Source: Parcubacteria group bacterium (GTDB lineage Bacteria > Patescibacteriota > Minisyncoccia > Moranbacterales > UBA2206). Taken from it: DNA of 52,464 nucleotides. A program made the position numbers and the translations under genes. Positions 51,241-52,464 of the stretch are shown here, piece after piece. The stretch spans positions 1 to 52,464 of the forward strand of contig JBAZSS010000004.1 of the NCBI GenBank assembly GCA_041662285.1, read 5' to 3'. The stretch's first letter is position 1. Every line of letters begins with the position of its first letter. A model generated the notes under the pieces. It was not told the origin of the DNA. It searched no databases and was given only the letters and a program-made list of their open reading frames with translations.

Positions 51241-51312
51241 ATTCAAATTGTCGCTAATGTTTATACAAATGCATTCGAATAAATTTGTTTTAACATTCGC
51301 GATATATTAGCG
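51241..51312. repeat. F3 hairpin repeat, L2-S19 spacer (right arm includes the L2 stop codon)
   Basis: ATTCAAATTGTCGCTAATGTTTATACAAATGCATTCGAAT...AACATTCGCGATATATTAGCG. Confidence 0.8.
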
Positions 51313-52137
51313 TTTCGATCTTCTTTTGATTATGAATTTATTGCTATATTTTTTCTTCTTTCTAGTTTTCTTGCCGAGAGCTATCTTGCCCCATGGAGTT
51401 TTTGGATGTTTAAGTCCAATTCCTTGGCGACCCTCACCTCCACCATGTGGATGATCAACTGGATTCATAGCACTACCCCGCACTCCTGGTCTCACTCCCA
51501 TATGTCTTTTTCTTCCAGCTTTTCCAATTGTCACAGAATTATGTTCAAAATTACTTACTTGACCGATAGTAGCATAGCATTCACTACTTATCAAGCGAAT
51601 TTCTCCAGAGGACATTTTCACTTGAGCAGTTTTTTGATCTATCGCAGTAAGGGTTGCTCCTGAACCGGCACTTCTAGCTATTTGTCCACCGTGATTTGGA
51701 AAAAGTTCCAAATTGGAAACAACTGTTCCGATAGGAATGTTTTTTACCTTAGCACGATTACCTAATTTAATTGGAGCATCTTCCTGGGAAATTATTTTTT
51801 GATCAATAGCTAAGCCTTCCGGTGCTAGCACATATCTTTTCTCTCCATCAGCATAAATCACAAGGGCGATAAAAGCGCTTCTGACTGGATCTTTTTCAAT
51901 TGAAGCCACTCGTCCCCAAATACCAAATTTGTCTTGCATAAAATCAACTTTGCGATATCTCTGCTTTGCTCCACCACCTTGATGACGCACAGAAATTTTT
52001 CCTCCCGATCTCCCAGCTTTTTTGGTCAGTTTCGCCAAAAGAGACTTTTCCGGTTTTCGGTCGGTTATCATAGAAGATTTCACAATAGACATGTTTCTTC
52101 TTCCAGCAGTATTTCGTTTATAAATTTTAATCGCCAT
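51307..52137 (-). CDS. rplB: 50S ribosomal protein L2
   Basis: 276-aa ORF. RGSAMNPVDHPHGGGEG motif. Confidence 0.97.
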   Translation of the reverse strand: MAIKIYKRNTAGRRNMSIVKSSMITDRKPEKSLLAKLTKKAGRSGGKISVRHQGGGAKQRYRKVDFMQDKFGIWGRVASIEKDPVRSAFIALVIYADGEKRYVLAPEGLAIDQKIISQEDAPIKLGNRAKVKNIPIGTVVSNLELFPNHGGQIARSAGSGATLTAIDQKTAQVKMSSGEIRLISSECYATIGQVSNFEHNSVTIGKAGRKRHMGVRPGVRGSAMNPVDHPHGGGEGRQGIGLKHPKTPWGKIALGKKTRKKKKYSNKFIIKRRSKR

Positions 52138-52160
52138 TTTGGTTGATTTATTTCTCTAAA

Positions 52161-52464
52161 TTATTTTCCTCCGAAAACATCAATGCTTTCCCCTTTCTTT
52201 ACTTTTACGATTGCTTTTCGGTAGCCCGATTTCGTTCCAAGCACTCTACCTCTGAGTCTTTTTTTGCTAGGGATATTGATTGTTCTGACAGTTATCACTT
52301 TTACTTTATATAATTCTTCAATTGATTTTTTAATTTGAATCTTAGTTGCTTTTTTAGCCACCTTGAAAATATATTTATTCTGCTCTCCTGCCATTGTTGC
52401 CGCTTCAGTTATCCATGGTTCAATGAGTATTTTTGAGGCGATATTTGAATTTTCTACTTTTTTA
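52161..52464 (-). CDS. rplW: 50S ribosomal protein L23 (5' end runs off the window)
   Basis: The frame stays open upstream of the listed Met (…KKVENSNIASKILIEPWITEAATMAGEQNKYIFKV). The conserved L23 N-terminal P-x-ITEKA-like segment precedes Met52394, so the real start is at or beyond 52464. Confidence 0.85.
   Translation of the reverse strand, partial: KKVENSNIASKILIEPWITEAATMAGEQNKYIFKVAKKATKIQIKKSIEELYKVKVITVRTINIPSKKRLRGRVLGTKSGYRKAIVKVKKGESIDVFGGK

Noticed and set aside
44820-51312. A CRISPR-like array suggested by recurring palindromic repeats
   Set aside because: The repeats belong to three different families. They are separated by full-length conserved genes rather than by short unique spacers, have variable length, and no cas genes are present.

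Overview
AT-rich, gene-dense segment of about 58 genes, mostly on the minus strand. It looks like a small-genome Patescibacteria/CPR-type bacterium; this is inference from the compact S10/spc ribosomal operon with no L30 gene between S5 and L15, an archaeal-type cupin glucose-6-phosphate isomerase, and many membrane-anchored orphan proteins.

Gene content, left to right:
- lgt, then a co-directional nucleotide-excision-repair supercluster: a uvrA paralog with an overlapping nucleotidyltransferase, an AbiEi/AbiEii cassette, uvrC, uvrA, lexA, two unknowns, and uvrB.
- secG, an orphan family-5 solute-binding protein, sugar and nucleotide-sugar genes, rnj and trpS.
- A membrane-anchored single-domain Clp-like AAA+ protein with a Cys-rich partner.
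- A hydrogenase-related block: a Kae1-domain-only hypF, then hypE/D/C, next to a NuoE/NuoF/FeS trio whose HydA-like subunit appears to have lost its H-cluster.
- fba, tpiA, dedA, galT, a GT2 glycosyltransferase, ruvX, map, adk and secY, then ribosomal proteins from L15 back to L23 (L23 runs off the right edge).

The main signal not explained by genes is a layered population of palindromic repeats:
- Three families of 70-115 nt hairpins built from 7-8 nt words fill the spacers of the ribosomal operon.
- A 140-nt GACTTACG element occurs three times, and its arms show compensatory substitutions between copies.
- An element with hairpin ends (GGTTCA..CG) occurs once around another repeat and once in frame inside hypF.
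- GC-rich palindromes occur three times in frame inside uvrC.

Coordinates of non-ORF features were indexed by hand and may be off by 1-2 nt. No rRNA, tRNA or CRISPR array was seen.
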